Position numbers and translations under genes: made by a program. Below the pieces are notes generated by a model. It was given only the letters and a program-made list of their open reading frames with translations, did not search any database and had not been told where the DNA came from. 64,000 nucleotides of DNA from a virus, in the IMG/VR virus record IMGVR_UViG_3300032285_004186; one strand, 5' to 3'. Below, one piece after another: positions 48,620 through 58,229 of this stretch. Position 1 is the stretch's first letter. Each line of letters opens with the position of its first letter.

Positions 48620-50083
48620 ATGAACTTAGTTAAACCCACTTTAAACATGTTACAACCCGCTACAAGTGGGGTGCTTGCTGGTATAAATTCCATTGTTACA
48701 CACAATAACAGTTTTGTTATCGGATCTGGTTTGTCATCCACACAAACAGACACTTTATATGTTAACAATTTAAGTATAACAGGTTCTCTCTCCGGTGGAG
48801 TACAAACAGTTGCCGGTCGAATTGGCAATGTTTTGCTTACTATAGATGATGTAGATTATTTAAGAACTACTTTACAAAGTTTTCAAGACACTTTTTATAA
48901 TAAATTAGACCTAACCGGAGGAACCATTACAGGTAATTTAAACATAACTGGTGATTTATCTGCTTCTGGGAGTTTATATTATGCTAATACCTTTACCACA
49001 AACACTTCAACTTTAAGTGTTGTAAATGTAGGTGTAGGACCCGCTTTATATGTCTATCAAGAAAGGGGGTCAGGTGATGTTGCTTCTTTTTATGATGGAG
49101 ATGGTGTAGAGGTTTTACATGTAGGCAATGCCAAGAATACAGCGGGCCAAGATCCTAACGGTGTAATAGGAATTAAAACTTCTTTTCCTAATAAAACGTT
49201 AACAGTTGCTGGAGAAATTAGTGCTACACAAGATATCAGCACATCCGGCAAATTTAAAGGAGATGGTACTTCCTTAGTTCTTCCTATAGCTTCCAATACT
49301 CAATTGGGTGTATTTAAGGTAGGTGATTATTTATCTATATCTCCAGATGGCACCTTATCATCTACTTTAGGCAATAATATAACATCTATAACCGGAGCAA
49401 CTGGAGCCACTGGAGCCACCGGTCCTATAGGCAATCCTGGATTTACTGGACCAACCGGAGTTAGTGGTGCCACTGGACCCACGGGAGCAACTGGTAATAT
49501 AGGACCAACCGGACCAACCGGTCTAGGGGCCACAGGTGCTACCGGAATAGTTGGACCATCTGGAGCTACAGGGCCTACAGGACCCACAGGCCCTACAGGA
49601 CTCAGAGGTGTTGGTGATCCGGGACCAACAGGAGCTACCGGAGCCTCTGGTATAATACCATCTGATATTTACGCAAACTCCATTACCTTGTCTGTATCAG
49701 CTTCTGCTCCGGCCATAAGTGGTGCTCATTATGGAGACGGTAGTCAATTATTAAATCTCAATAGCAAAAATATTTTAACAAGTGTTTCCCCTATTGCAGA
49801 CAATAGTTATACTTTAACATTATCAGATGCTAACACTGTATTAACTTTCAACAATGGTTCATCTATTACGTTGCAAATTCCTACTAATTCTTCTGTAAAT
49901 TTTCCCAACGGAACTCAAATATTAATAGTTCAACTAGATGCTGGCCAAGTATCAATTACAGCTGTATCTGGGGTAACTTTATTATCTGTTAGCGGAAAAG
50001 TGACCACTTCTTTTACCAATTCCATAGCATCTTTGGTTAAATTAGATACAGATACTTGGATTGTTGGTGGAGACGTTTCTTAA
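48620..50083 (+). CDS. Collagen-like fibre protein
   Basis: About 28 Gly-X-Y triplets (mainly GAT/GPT); [19 protein letters not shown]; C-terminal YTL..SD...FPNGTQI...DTWIVGGD domain. Confidence 0.85.
   Translation: MNLVKPTLNMLQPATSGVLAGINSIVTHNNSFVIGSGLSSTQTDTLYVNNLSITGSLSGGVQTVAGRIGNVLLTIDDVDYLRTTLQSFQDTFYNKLDLTGGTITGNLNITGDLSASGSLYYANTFTTNTSTLSVVNVGVGPALYVYQERGSGDVASFYDGDGVEVLHVGNAKNTAGQDPNGVIGIKTSFPNKTLTVAGEISATQDISTSGKFKGDGTSLVLPIASNTQLGVFKVGDYLSISPDGTLSSTLGNNITSITGATGATGATGPIGNPGFTGPTGVSGATGPTGATGNIGPTGPTGLGATGATGIVGPSGATGPTGPTGPTGLRGVGDPGPTGATGASGIIPSDIYANSITLSVSASAPAISGAHYGDGSQLLNLNSKNILTSVSPIADNSYTLTLSDANTVLTFNNGSSITLQIPTNSSVNFPNGTQILIVQLDAGQVSITAVSGVTLLSVSGKVTTSFTNSIASLVKLDTDTWIVGGDVS
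49391..49652 (+). repeat. Gly-X-Thr collagen repeat
   Basis: 9-bp periodic GGN-NCN-ACN with two interruptions. Confidence 0.9.
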
Positions 50084-50085
50084 TT

Positions 50086-52797
50086 ATGTTAGCCGTAGTT
50101 GCTTCTCAGAAAAATCAATCTCAGCAAGGAGCAGCTGCTATAATAGCTGCTGCAAATGTATGGGGTCAGGCCAATGATGGACAATATCTAGATAGCGGTA
50201 GATGGTATTTAAATAAAGTTTATTTAAACACTGTATCAGACCAGGCTGGATTTGAAAGTGCCGTAAATTATATAGCTTCTTCTACATATTCAAATGGAGA
50301 ATATAAATCCACTGGAAGATGGTATTATAATGGAAATTATGTTGTTGATGAAACCGGATATAATAATGCTGTAGCTGATGTATGGGGTCTGTGGAATAAT
50401 GGATTTGAACCCACAACTGGAAGAATTTATCACTCAGGAGAACTTAATAATGATGATTATGCTGTTAATGGTCAATTGTTATCTAATTATATTTCCTATC
50501 AAGAGATAACTGATTGGGGAGCTTCTAATAATGGAGAGTTTGTTTATTATACAGACTATCCATATTATAAAAATGCATATTCAAATCGTTATTTTTATAA
50601 CGGCACAGAATACTACAATTACTCTGATTATGTAATGCAATTGTTTTACGCGTGGAATGGTTCTGGAGGTAGTTTTAGAGGTAAATGGTATGATTTGAAT
50701 AAAAATGAAGTCTCAGCTCAACTTTCAAATGCAGAACAGTGGGGTCTAGTGAATAATGGAAAAGCTCCTTATACAGATAGATGGTATTTTAATGGCATTT
50801 ACGTAGGAGATCAAAATGGCTATAATAATGCAGTTTTAGTGTATAATGCAAATTATTGGGGTTCAACTCATGACGGTCAATTTGAATCTTCTGGAAGGTA
50901 TTATTACCGTGGCAGTTATGTCGGAGATTTATCTGGATATAATATTGCAAGAGCTAATTATTGGGGTTCAACTCATGACGGTCAATTTGAAACTTCCGGA
51001 AGGTATTATTACCGTGGCAGTTATGTCGGAAATTTATCTAACTACAACATAGCTAGAGCTAATTATTGGGGATTGACCAATAATGGACAATTTGAATCTT
51101 CCGGAAGGTATTATTTTAGAGGAAATTATATTAGCACTCTAGCAGCTTATGATATTATAAGAGCTAATTATTGGGGATTGACCAATAATGGACAATTTGA
51201 ATCTTCCGGAAGGTATTATTTTAGAGGAAATTATATTAGCACTCTAGCGGCTTATGATATTACAAGAGCAGATTATTGGGGATTGACCAATAATGGACAA
51301 TTTGAATCTTCCGGAAGGTATTATTGGAATGCTAGTTATGTTGGAAATTTATCTGCATATAATAGTGCTATAGATGCTTCTGCATTGTCTGCTCTTACAT
51401 ATGGTCAATATTTAACCACTGGAAGATGGTATAGATATGGATCTTTTGTAGGAACTAGTCTAACAGATTATGACAATTCTTTGCCATCTTATAATGCTCA
51501 AGCAGATGCTTGGGGCTTATTAAACGAGGGTCAATATCAAAATAGTGGAAGATGGTACTGGGATACAGAGTTAATGCCAAATTCAACTCAATATTATTCA
51601 AAATATAATAATGCAAATTATTTCCGTTCTCTTTCTAGTTATATAAGTGCTGCTAATACTTGGGGATCAACTCACGATGGTAGATATCGCTTATCTTCTA
51701 GATGGTATTATAGAACAATTTATTATTCTAGTCTGGCAGATTATGATGTTGCTAGAGCAGAGTATTGGGGATTAACCAATGATGGTCAATTTGAATCTTC
51801 TGGAAGGTATTATTTAAACTCTGTATATGTTGGTAATCTAACAGCATACACAGCAGCTTCAACCGCTAATGCTTGGGGATTAACTCATGATGGTCAATAT
51901 TTGTCTACAGATAGGTGGTATTATCGAGGCTCATATATTAGATTAAATTTATTTAGTAATTTATCAGAAATACAATATCTTATTGGTAGATTTGGATCTT
52001 CTGCGTCAATGAGTAATAATATGTTATATGGTTTTGCAAAAGCATATTATTGGGGACGTAAAAATAATGGTCAATATATAGATGATGAATCAAACATAAC
52101 TGGAAGATGGCTTGCTCTTAAAAATGATACAGATACAACTGCCTCTAATCATGATTTGGGTGCAAATAGTGGGGCACATTATCTATTCGGAGATTTAGTT
52201 AGATATGATTTAGCTTATTCATATCAACAGCAAGCTACTTTTCTAGATCATTTTTACGATGATGAGGGAAATATTATTGGAGATTTTATTTATAATCAAA
52301 CAGCCTATGGAACGGCGTTGGATCTCTATTCTCCTCCATATGATGGAGGTGCTACCATATTTAATAATTATACAAATAACATTAATGCGCCTAACAGTAG
52401 GATAGCAATAAACAATTTTGATACTTTTTTAAATTTAATAAAACAATCAATCTATACAGGAGCTTTTGCATTTGTATATAATACGACACCAGATTATTAC
52501 GGCAATTTCAACTCAACTGTTAAATATGCATATTTTTATAATGGAGATTTTATTAGTTATAGGGAAAAAGATTTTATTGAAGTAAATTCAAGTGTATCAG
52601 TTGCAAACACCTGGAAATTAACAAACAATGGCCAATATCCTAATTCTAATATGTGGTTCTTTAAAGGAGTTTATGTTGGGTCCTCTTTATTACAATACAA
52701 TAAAGCCAGAGAAGCAGATTTTCAAGCATCAAAAGCAGTTGGTCAATTTGAAAATACTGGGAGATATTATAATAATGGAGATTATGTTTACATGTAG
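50086..52797 (+). CDS. Tyr/Trp/Asn/Gly-rich ~35-aa repeat protein, probable receptor-binding or decoration protein
   Basis: About 19 units of A-x-x-W-G-x-x-(N/H)-(N/D)-G-Q-(F/Y)-x-x-(S/T)-G-R-(W/Y)-Y. ATG 50086 preferred. Confidence 0.65.
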   Translation: MLAVVASQKNQSQQGAAAIIAAANVWGQANDGQYLDSGRWYLNKVYLNTVSDQAGFESAVNYIASSTYSNGEYKSTGRWYYNGNYVVDETGYNNAVADVWGLWNNGFEPTTGRIYHSGELNNDDYAVNGQLLSNYISYQEITDWGASNNGEFVYYTDYPYYKNAYSNRYFYNGTEYYNYSDYVMQLFYAWNGSGGSFRGKWYDLNKNEVSAQLSNAEQWGLVNNGKAPYTDRWYFNGIYVGDQNGYNNAVLVYNANYWGSTHDGQFESSGRYYYRGSYVGDLSGYNIARANYWGSTHDGQFETSGRYYYRGSYVGNLSNYNIARANYWGLTNNGQFESSGRYYFRGNYISTLAAYDIIRANYWGLTNNGQFESSGRYYFRGNYISTLAAYDITRADYWGLTNNGQFESSGRYYWNASYVGNLSAYNSAIDASALSALTYGQYLTTGRWYRYGSFVGTSLTDYDNSLPSYNAQADAWGLLNEGQYQNSGRWYWDTELMPNSTQYYSKYNNANYFRSLSSYISAANTWGSTHDGRYRLSSRWYYRTIYYSSLADYDVARAEYWGLTNDGQFESSGRYYLNSVYVGNLTAYTAASTANAWGLTHDGQYLSTDRWYYRGSYIRLNLFSNLSEIQYLIGRFGSSASMSNNMLYGFAKAYYWGRKNNGQYIDDESNITGRWLALKNDTDTTASNHDLGANSGAHYLFGDLVRYDLAYSYQQQATFLDHFYDDEGNIIGDFIYNQTAYGTALDLYSPPYDGGATIFNNYTNNINAPNSRIAINNFDTFLNLIKQSIYTGAFAFVYNTTPDYYGNFNSTVKYAYFYNGDFISYREKDFIEVNSSVSVANTWKLTNNGQYPNSNMWFFKGVYVGSSLLQYNKAREADFQASKAVGQFENTGRYYNNGDYVYM
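50848..51330 (+). repeat. 105-bp near-identical tandem repeats (four full units plus a partial fifth)
   Basis: (A/G)ATTATTGGG recurs at 50851, 50956, 51061, 51166, 51271. Confidence 0.92.
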
Positions 52798-52918
52798 GTA
52801 CCTAATAGTTTATTTTTAAAAGTCTAACTAACTGTTAAATATTATTTTTCAAACTGAATTTTTTTAAAATCTTCCTAGATTCTAATACAGCTTTTAGATT
52901 TACAGATAAATAGTATTA

Positions 52919-55900
52919 ATGTCTGTTTCCTTTAATTTTCCGGCTCTTAGTGCTATCTCTTGGCTACCTGTTAATTTCAAAACAGTAGGTGGAGATCATG
53001 TTACAAAGTTTGAAGTTTTAAAAACCAAAGATGGTGCTACCTTTGGTTTAAATGAATGTTTAAGAAACTTTAAGGATACTACTTTCAACAAGAGGACTGG
53101 TATGTTTTTAACAGACATTACTACTGCTTCTAAGATTCTAGAAGATTCCACCTCTCCAGAAGATTATGCTCCTTTGACAGAGATATATTCTCCTATATGT
53201 ACCGTAGATAGAGCCAATGATCAAATTATTTCTATATCACCCAAAACTCGAGAATTGTATGTCACTTTTAGAAATGCTACCACCATAAAAGGTAATATAG
53301 CAAATGTAAATACTGCAGATAATTTCAGGTTTATTTTTTTCAAAGACACTACTCATACATTTGCCAACGCAGAAGAAGATTTTGTTTCTATATCCTCTGC
53401 ATATTATAATCAAACTAATACCAGCATTCCTGATCAATTTTTTTTAACATGGAACTCTTCTAATAATAAATTAACATTTCAACCTCAAATTCATCCTCCA
53501 AGTGCTTCGCAAAGATTTTCTTATTTAAAATCTAATAAAGGTATTTGTTTATTCAAACCTGATACTAATTTTTCTTTTATAGTAGACAGAGTCAATTCCT
53601 CAGATTTTCCTTATGGAGTTTTTCAATTTCGAGATTATTTATCTGAATCTCATTCAAATTATGCATTACCGCCGTCTTCTTTTTTAAAATTTGTTTCTTA
53701 TAATGATCTTGTTATTAAAAATAAAGATATAGTAGATAGTCATTTAACAAAATATCAAATTAATAAATTAGATTATCAGCAAGAAATACTTCCAGACTCT
53801 CAAATTAAAGCCCAGTCCTATGTACAAAATTTTTTAGGATTATTTCCGGTTGAAAATCCTACTCTTAACAAAAATCATGCTACTTATGATTTGCAAATTC
53901 ATGGACTGAAAAATTATCAAACTCCGGAATATAACTACTCTTTTAATAAAAATTATATAGATGGTTACAGCGGAGCTCATCGTCTTTATGATCGTATTTT
54001 TTCTGGTAGCAATCAAAGAGAAGGTTTAGTAAATGTTCATTTAGGATATTCAGCCAATACTTCTGAAATAAAATTTTTAAAAGACCAAGAAACTCCTTTT
54101 AATTTTGCACCCACCTCTTATAGAATTCCACTAAGCTCTGCTGGTTTAATAGAAGACGGTGCAATTCCCGGCCATCATCCATTTGTTTCAGATAGAATAT
54201 ATTTTAAACAAATGGATTATAATGGTCAAATACAAGGCATGCCCCAACCATCAAGTATTAATAAACTTTCTAACACTTGGTTATGTGCTTGGTTATCTGG
54301 ATCTGAAACTAGTAATGCAGTTTGGATGGATAGATTTTATAATTCTGGTTATTACACATTTGAACAGGCTTTAACCGCAGACATCACAACATATCGTGAC
54401 AGAATTTTACCAGATCAATCTTATATTATAGACACTCCTTCTACAATGTATTTAGAACCGGGAGCTTTTTATAGATATTATCACAGTGGTCTACAAACTA
54501 GTCAAAATTATGTACCATTTTTAGACGGAAGTTTTAATTCTACTTTAGGTTCTAAGATTTTACACATTAGCAGTTGGGACTCTAATCCATTAAATGATCT
54601 ATCTTTTAATCACAATAATGGATTAGTATATCCTTCTAATTATATTAATTCTGAAAAAGATTATTGGGAGTTGACTGGTAGTAATCATGCAATATTTCCC
54701 GCTCGAACTGTTTTATTAGAAGAACGTCATCTCACCGCTTCTTTATGGGTAAATACCTCTGATTGGTCTAATATACAAGGAAGTCAAATATTCGGTAATT
54801 TTTATAACAGTGGCTTTGGATTAATTAATGAAACCTCTTTATCAGCTCCGTTAATAGCTTTTGGAGACAAATCTACCGGTCAAGTTTATAATTTAAATTA
54901 TAAATTTAAAATTGTAAATTCTTCTGATACTTTATTTAATAATTCAGTTCCAAACAACAATTTAATTATTTGCAGATTGCCAGATTTTACTTATTGGACC
55001 TTTGACACCAAAAACGGTATTGGAACCAAGTATGATATTGAAGGAAGACGGATAAAAACTTTATCCCAACGATTTTTAAAAATAGATCAGATAGAAGTCG
55101 ACGGTGATTATAATTTATACTTGTATCAATCTTATAAAAAGAGAGTATCTGTCTTAACAGCTGGTGGTGATTTGTTAACCGGAATTTCTTATAGATTAAA
55201 AAAACATTCTGTACAAAGAATAGAACTTTTTAAATATAAAAATATTCCACAAATTTCTATTATAGAAATCTTCGGCAATGCGTCTGTCATAGACAATGAA
55301 AATAATATATGGCAATGTTTAGGTAAAAATTTATATAAATCTTCTTACGACCCTCTCACAGATTTACACAGCAATCCAGTTTTTTATGCAACTTTAGGCA
55401 TAACTCAACAAATTACATGTGATTCTCATAACAACATTTGGATTTTACATGATCAGGATAAAGTATCTATTCTCAAACCTTCTCAACAATTATTCAAAAC
55501 TTTTAGAATAGGTAAAAGATCTGGATTACCGGAAGATCCGTGTTTAACAAACACCAACAGATTTAGATACATTAATTTTGTTAAAATACCACAAGCTAGT
55601 ATAGTAGATTGTGCTTCTTATAACTATGAAGACTTGGCTGTTTTGTTAGATATTAGAGACAATGAACTAATGTTAATAGATTTAAACGGGGATTTAATAA
55701 CTCGTTTAGATTTGACTTCCTTATACGGATTAAAATCTAATAAACCTATATTTTGTGCAGATGGAGATTTTACTGGTTATCAAATTTTGCGTAGATTTAA
55801 AAGCAATAATAAAAATTTAAGTTGGAAATTTTACACAGCCTATACAAACGGAAAAAATCCTCAAGCTTTTAATTTACAATATGATACAAATTTATTACAT

Positions 55901-56431
55901 CCGGGTTGGCATCATTTTGTTTTTGTTTTTGATGCTGAAAATGAATCTGCTAAATATTACATAGATTCTGTTTTAGTTGATGAAATTTCAATAGATCCAT
56001 TTAGGCAGCTTTGGTTTAATTATAGATCTTCTTTATCTCTAGGAGTTGAATCTGTAAAAAATAGCAATTTAAATGATTTAATTAATATTCAAGATGCTTA
56101 CAAATTTGTAGGAAAAATAGCAGATTTAAGACTCTATAATAAACCATTATCTCCAGGAGATATTTCACAATTATATTTTAGTTTTAAATATTCAGACAAT
56201 CGAAAACCGTTGTTGTGGAATATGACTACTGGTAAACGAAATTATATAGAAAAAATTGAACACTGGTTACAATTGCAATTACCAGGTAGTAAAAGTAAAT
56301 ACTTCAATATTAATATTCACAATTTTAAAGCTACACCAGATGTTCAGACTATTATAGAAGATGCTATAAGAAAAAATATAGCTAAATTAGCACCTGCGTA
56401 TACTTCTTTGTATAAAATTAATTGGTTATAA
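52919..56431 (+). CDS. Virion protein with split LamG/concanavalin-like domain and propeller-like region
   Basis: LTASLWV...WHHFVFVFD...YYIDSVL...FVGKIADLRLYNKPLS; TAAATA 6 nt upstream. Confidence 0.7.
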   Translation: MSVSFNFPALSAISWLPVNFKTVGGDHVTKFEVLKTKDGATFGLNECLRNFKDTTFNKRTGMFLTDITTASKILEDSTSPEDYAPLTEIYSPICTVDRANDQIISISPKTRELYVTFRNATTIKGNIANVNTADNFRFIFFKDTTHTFANAEEDFVSISSAYYNQTNTSIPDQFFLTWNSSNNKLTFQPQIHPPSASQRFSYLKSNKGICLFKPDTNFSFIVDRVNSSDFPYGVFQFRDYLSESHSNYALPPSSFLKFVSYNDLVIKNKDIVDSHLTKYQINKLDYQQEILPDSQIKAQSYVQNFLGLFPVENPTLNKNHATYDLQIHGLKNYQTPEYNYSFNKNYIDGYSGAHRLYDRIFSGSNQREGLVNVHLGYSANTSEIKFLKDQETPFNFAPTSYRIPLSSAGLIEDGAIPGHHPFVSDRIYFKQMDYNGQIQGMPQPSSINKLSNTWLCAWLSGSETSNAVWMDRFYNSGYYTFEQALTADITTYRDRILPDQSYIIDTPSTMYLEPGAFYRYYHSGLQTSQNYVPFLDGSFNSTLGSKILHISSWDSNPLNDLSFNHNNGLVYPSNYINSEKDYWELTGSNHAIFPARTVLLEERHLTASLWVNTSDWSNIQGSQIFGNFYNSGFGLINETSLSAPLIAFGDKSTGQVYNLNYKFKIVNSSDTLFNNSVPNNNLIICRLPDFTYWTFDTKNGIGTKYDIEGRRIKTLSQRFLKIDQIEVDGDYNLYLYQSYKKRVSVLTAGGDLLTGISYRLKKHSVQRIELFKYKNIPQISIIEIFGNASVIDNENNIWQCLGKNLYKSSYDPLTDLHSNPVFYATLGITQQITCDSHNNIWILHDQDKVSILKPSQQLFKTFRIGKRSGLPEDPCLTNTNRFRYINFVKIPQASIVDCASYNYEDLAVLLDIRDNELMLIDLNGDLITRLDLTSLYGLKSNKPIFCADGDFTGYQILRRFKSNNKNLSWKFYTAYTNGKNPQAFNLQYDTNLLHPGWHHFVFVFDAENESAKYYIDSVLVDEISIDPFRQLWFNYRSSLSLGVESVKNSNLNDLINIQDAYKFVGKIADLRLYNKPLSPGDISQLYFSFKYSDNRKPLLWNMTTGKRNYIEKIEHWLQLQLPGSKSKYFNINIHNFKATPDVQTIIEDAIRKNIAKLAPAYTSLYKINWL

Positions 56432-56432
56432 T

Positions 56433-57221
56433 ATGAGTGACATAGCAAATATACCCACAAAATTAGATGAACAATGTTCTTTAATTAATCTTATAGATGA
56501 AAATCAATGTGTTGGCAATTCTTTGGTTATAGTTAACAACAATTTAATTAATTTATCTTCAGCTTTACAAAATTTAGATGATTATTCATTTTTTTGGAAC
56601 AGTGCTTATACCTCCTTTCAAGCCAACAGTGGTACCTGGCTGATAGCAGCATCTCATATACAACAATATAATGAACTATGGAATAGTGCTTATTCTACGG
56701 TTCAAACTTTAAGCTCTAATTGGTCTAACCCATTTATTGTATTTTATCCGGAAATTATTTTAATAGATGATTGGTATACTAATCAAACTCAATATTTAAA
56801 CAATAATCTTTTAAATTGGATAACCACAAACTTTCCTCCTCAAACATTTTCTATCAATCAACTTATATACATACAAGTCAATTTATATCAAACATATCCA
56901 TTTAACTTTACTTTTAACAGAGAATTGCAGGAAAATTGTGCACCGAATGGTGGCTTAAGTGTTTCTTGTAATGAATGTGGTAGGCCGTCTAGGGGATGTA
57001 ATCACCACGGAGGATTGGCTGGCTGGGGGGATTGTGATAATGCTTTTAATCATTGTGGATTAGATATTGGAGTTGGCGGTTCTAGTTTTTCTTGTCAAGG
57101 TACAGGTGGTAAGACATTAAAAATACAAAAAACAATAAATTCTACGGACACTAGTATAGCCCGGATTTTAAAATTCACCTACCAAAACTCAAACAATAAT
57201 TCTTGGTCTTTTATTAGTTAA
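56433..57221 (+). CDS. Virion protein, paralogue 1 of 3, with Cys-rich insert
   Basis: Shared blocks CVGNSL..VNNN, TV..LSS.W, FYP, W...NFP. Confidence 0.6.
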   Translation: MSDIANIPTKLDEQCSLINLIDENQCVGNSLVIVNNNLINLSSALQNLDDYSFFWNSAYTSFQANSGTWLIAASHIQQYNELWNSAYSTVQTLSSNWSNPFIVFYPEIILIDDWYTNQTQYLNNNLLNWITTNFPPQTFSINQLIYIQVNLYQTYPFNFTFNRELQENCAPNGGLSVSCNECGRPSRGCNHHGGLAGWGDCDNAFNHCGLDIGVGGSSFSCQGTGGKTLKIQKTINSTDTSIARILKFTYQNSNNNSWSFIS

Positions 57222-57225
57222 ATTT

Positions 57226-58227
57226 ATGTATACTTTTACATCAATATTATCAACTTCTACTATAGGTGATTCTTTACTATATGTCAATAATAATTATGAA
57301 TCTTTAGATAATTGGACAGTTAGTATACAAACTAGTGCCAATAATCTGTGGCAACCATTAGTAGATTTATACAATAGCCATATAGATAGTTGGAATCAAT
57401 CTCTTACTTTTGCTCAACAAAATTCTGCTAAATGGGTAAGTGTAGCAACAACTGTTGAAAATTTAAGTTCACAGTGGCTTACTCCGTTGTCTTTGTTTTA
57501 TCCACATATATATTCAACCTCTCAAGATTTAAATACAATTAAAAATGATATTACCAAATGGTTAAATCAAAATTTTCCAGTTTCTGTTTCTTATAAAAAT
57601 ATACCATACTATGCAGAGAAGCAAAAAATCATAGTATATAGTTATAGTTACTATATTAACAAATCAATTAACTCTACAGAATTTTTAATAGATCAAACCA
57701 CCTGTAATACAGCCAATGGAATAAGTTATGTTAATTGTAGCAATCAATATACAGGCATAGCTTATTGTTCAAATGGAAACCTGAATTGCAATGATTATGC
57801 GAGTAACTGCGGTACTACTGGGAGTGTCAGTTGTTATTTTAATGCTCCTCCCTACGGACCTTATATAATTGGACAAGGTTATCGTACTGTTTTGGTGCCA
57901 GTAGATCCGATTATTTCCGTAGATGATGATGGAAATGTTACAACCACAGAACAGCCACCGCAACAAGTACAATTATATGGAGCTTTAAATGATACTGGTC
58001 AATCTTATATCCAGGTTAATTTAAATACCAACTTCACAGATCAAACAGAAAGTAAACATATTAATTACTTTAATTTTGAAGTTCGAGATTGTCAGTGGGT
58101 TTTTATATCTTCATTTAACAATCCAGTCCCAGTTCCTAAAACAGAATCAACTTATATAATATTATCAGAAAATGAAGAAATAATTTCTTCAGAATCCGCA
58201 GACACCTTAGTGTGGTTTAAAAAATAA
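57226..58227 (+). CDS. Virion protein, paralogue 2 of 3, with Cys-rich insert
   Basis: IGDSL.YVNNN, TTVENLSSQW, LFYP, WLNQNFP. Confidence 0.6.
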   Translation: MYTFTSILSTSTIGDSLLYVNNNYESLDNWTVSIQTSANNLWQPLVDLYNSHIDSWNQSLTFAQQNSAKWVSVATTVENLSSQWLTPLSLFYPHIYSTSQDLNTIKNDITKWLNQNFPVSVSYKNIPYYAEKQKIIVYSYSYYINKSINSTEFLIDQTTCNTANGISYVNCSNQYTGIAYCSNGNLNCNDYASNCGTTGSVSCYFNAPPYGPYIIGQGYRTVLVPVDPIISVDDDGNVTTTEQPPQQVQLYGALNDTGQSYIQVNLNTNFTDQTESKHINYFNFEVRDCQWVFISSFNNPVPVPKTESTYIILSENEEIISSESADTLVWFKK

Positions 58228-58229
58228 AT

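Noticed and set aside
39986-49587. Antisense and alternate-frame ORFs in fibre genes (e.g. 41014-41196, 42208-42468, 47931-48182, 49327-49587)
   Set aside because: They are shadows of repetitive coding sequence. The same applies to other nested short ORFs such as 3192-3590, 20564-21182, 23589-23876 and 59066-59404.
9407-50085. Longest-ORF starts in the track (952, 9407, 10030, 11166, 23076, 24134, 24657, 38081, 50056)
   Set aside because: They create long overlaps; downstream ATGs abut the upstream stop or a promoter motif and fit the protein family better.
50848-51330. 105-bp repeats as a CRISPR array or a DGR template/variable pair
   Set aside because: They are in-frame coding repeats with no unique spacers; differences are not adenine-specific; no cas gene or reverse transcriptase is in the window.
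52798-52918. One of the longest intergenic gaps as an ncRNA, tRNA or origin
   Set aside because: AT-rich with no cloverleaf, strong stem or iterons; only a late promoter at 52907.
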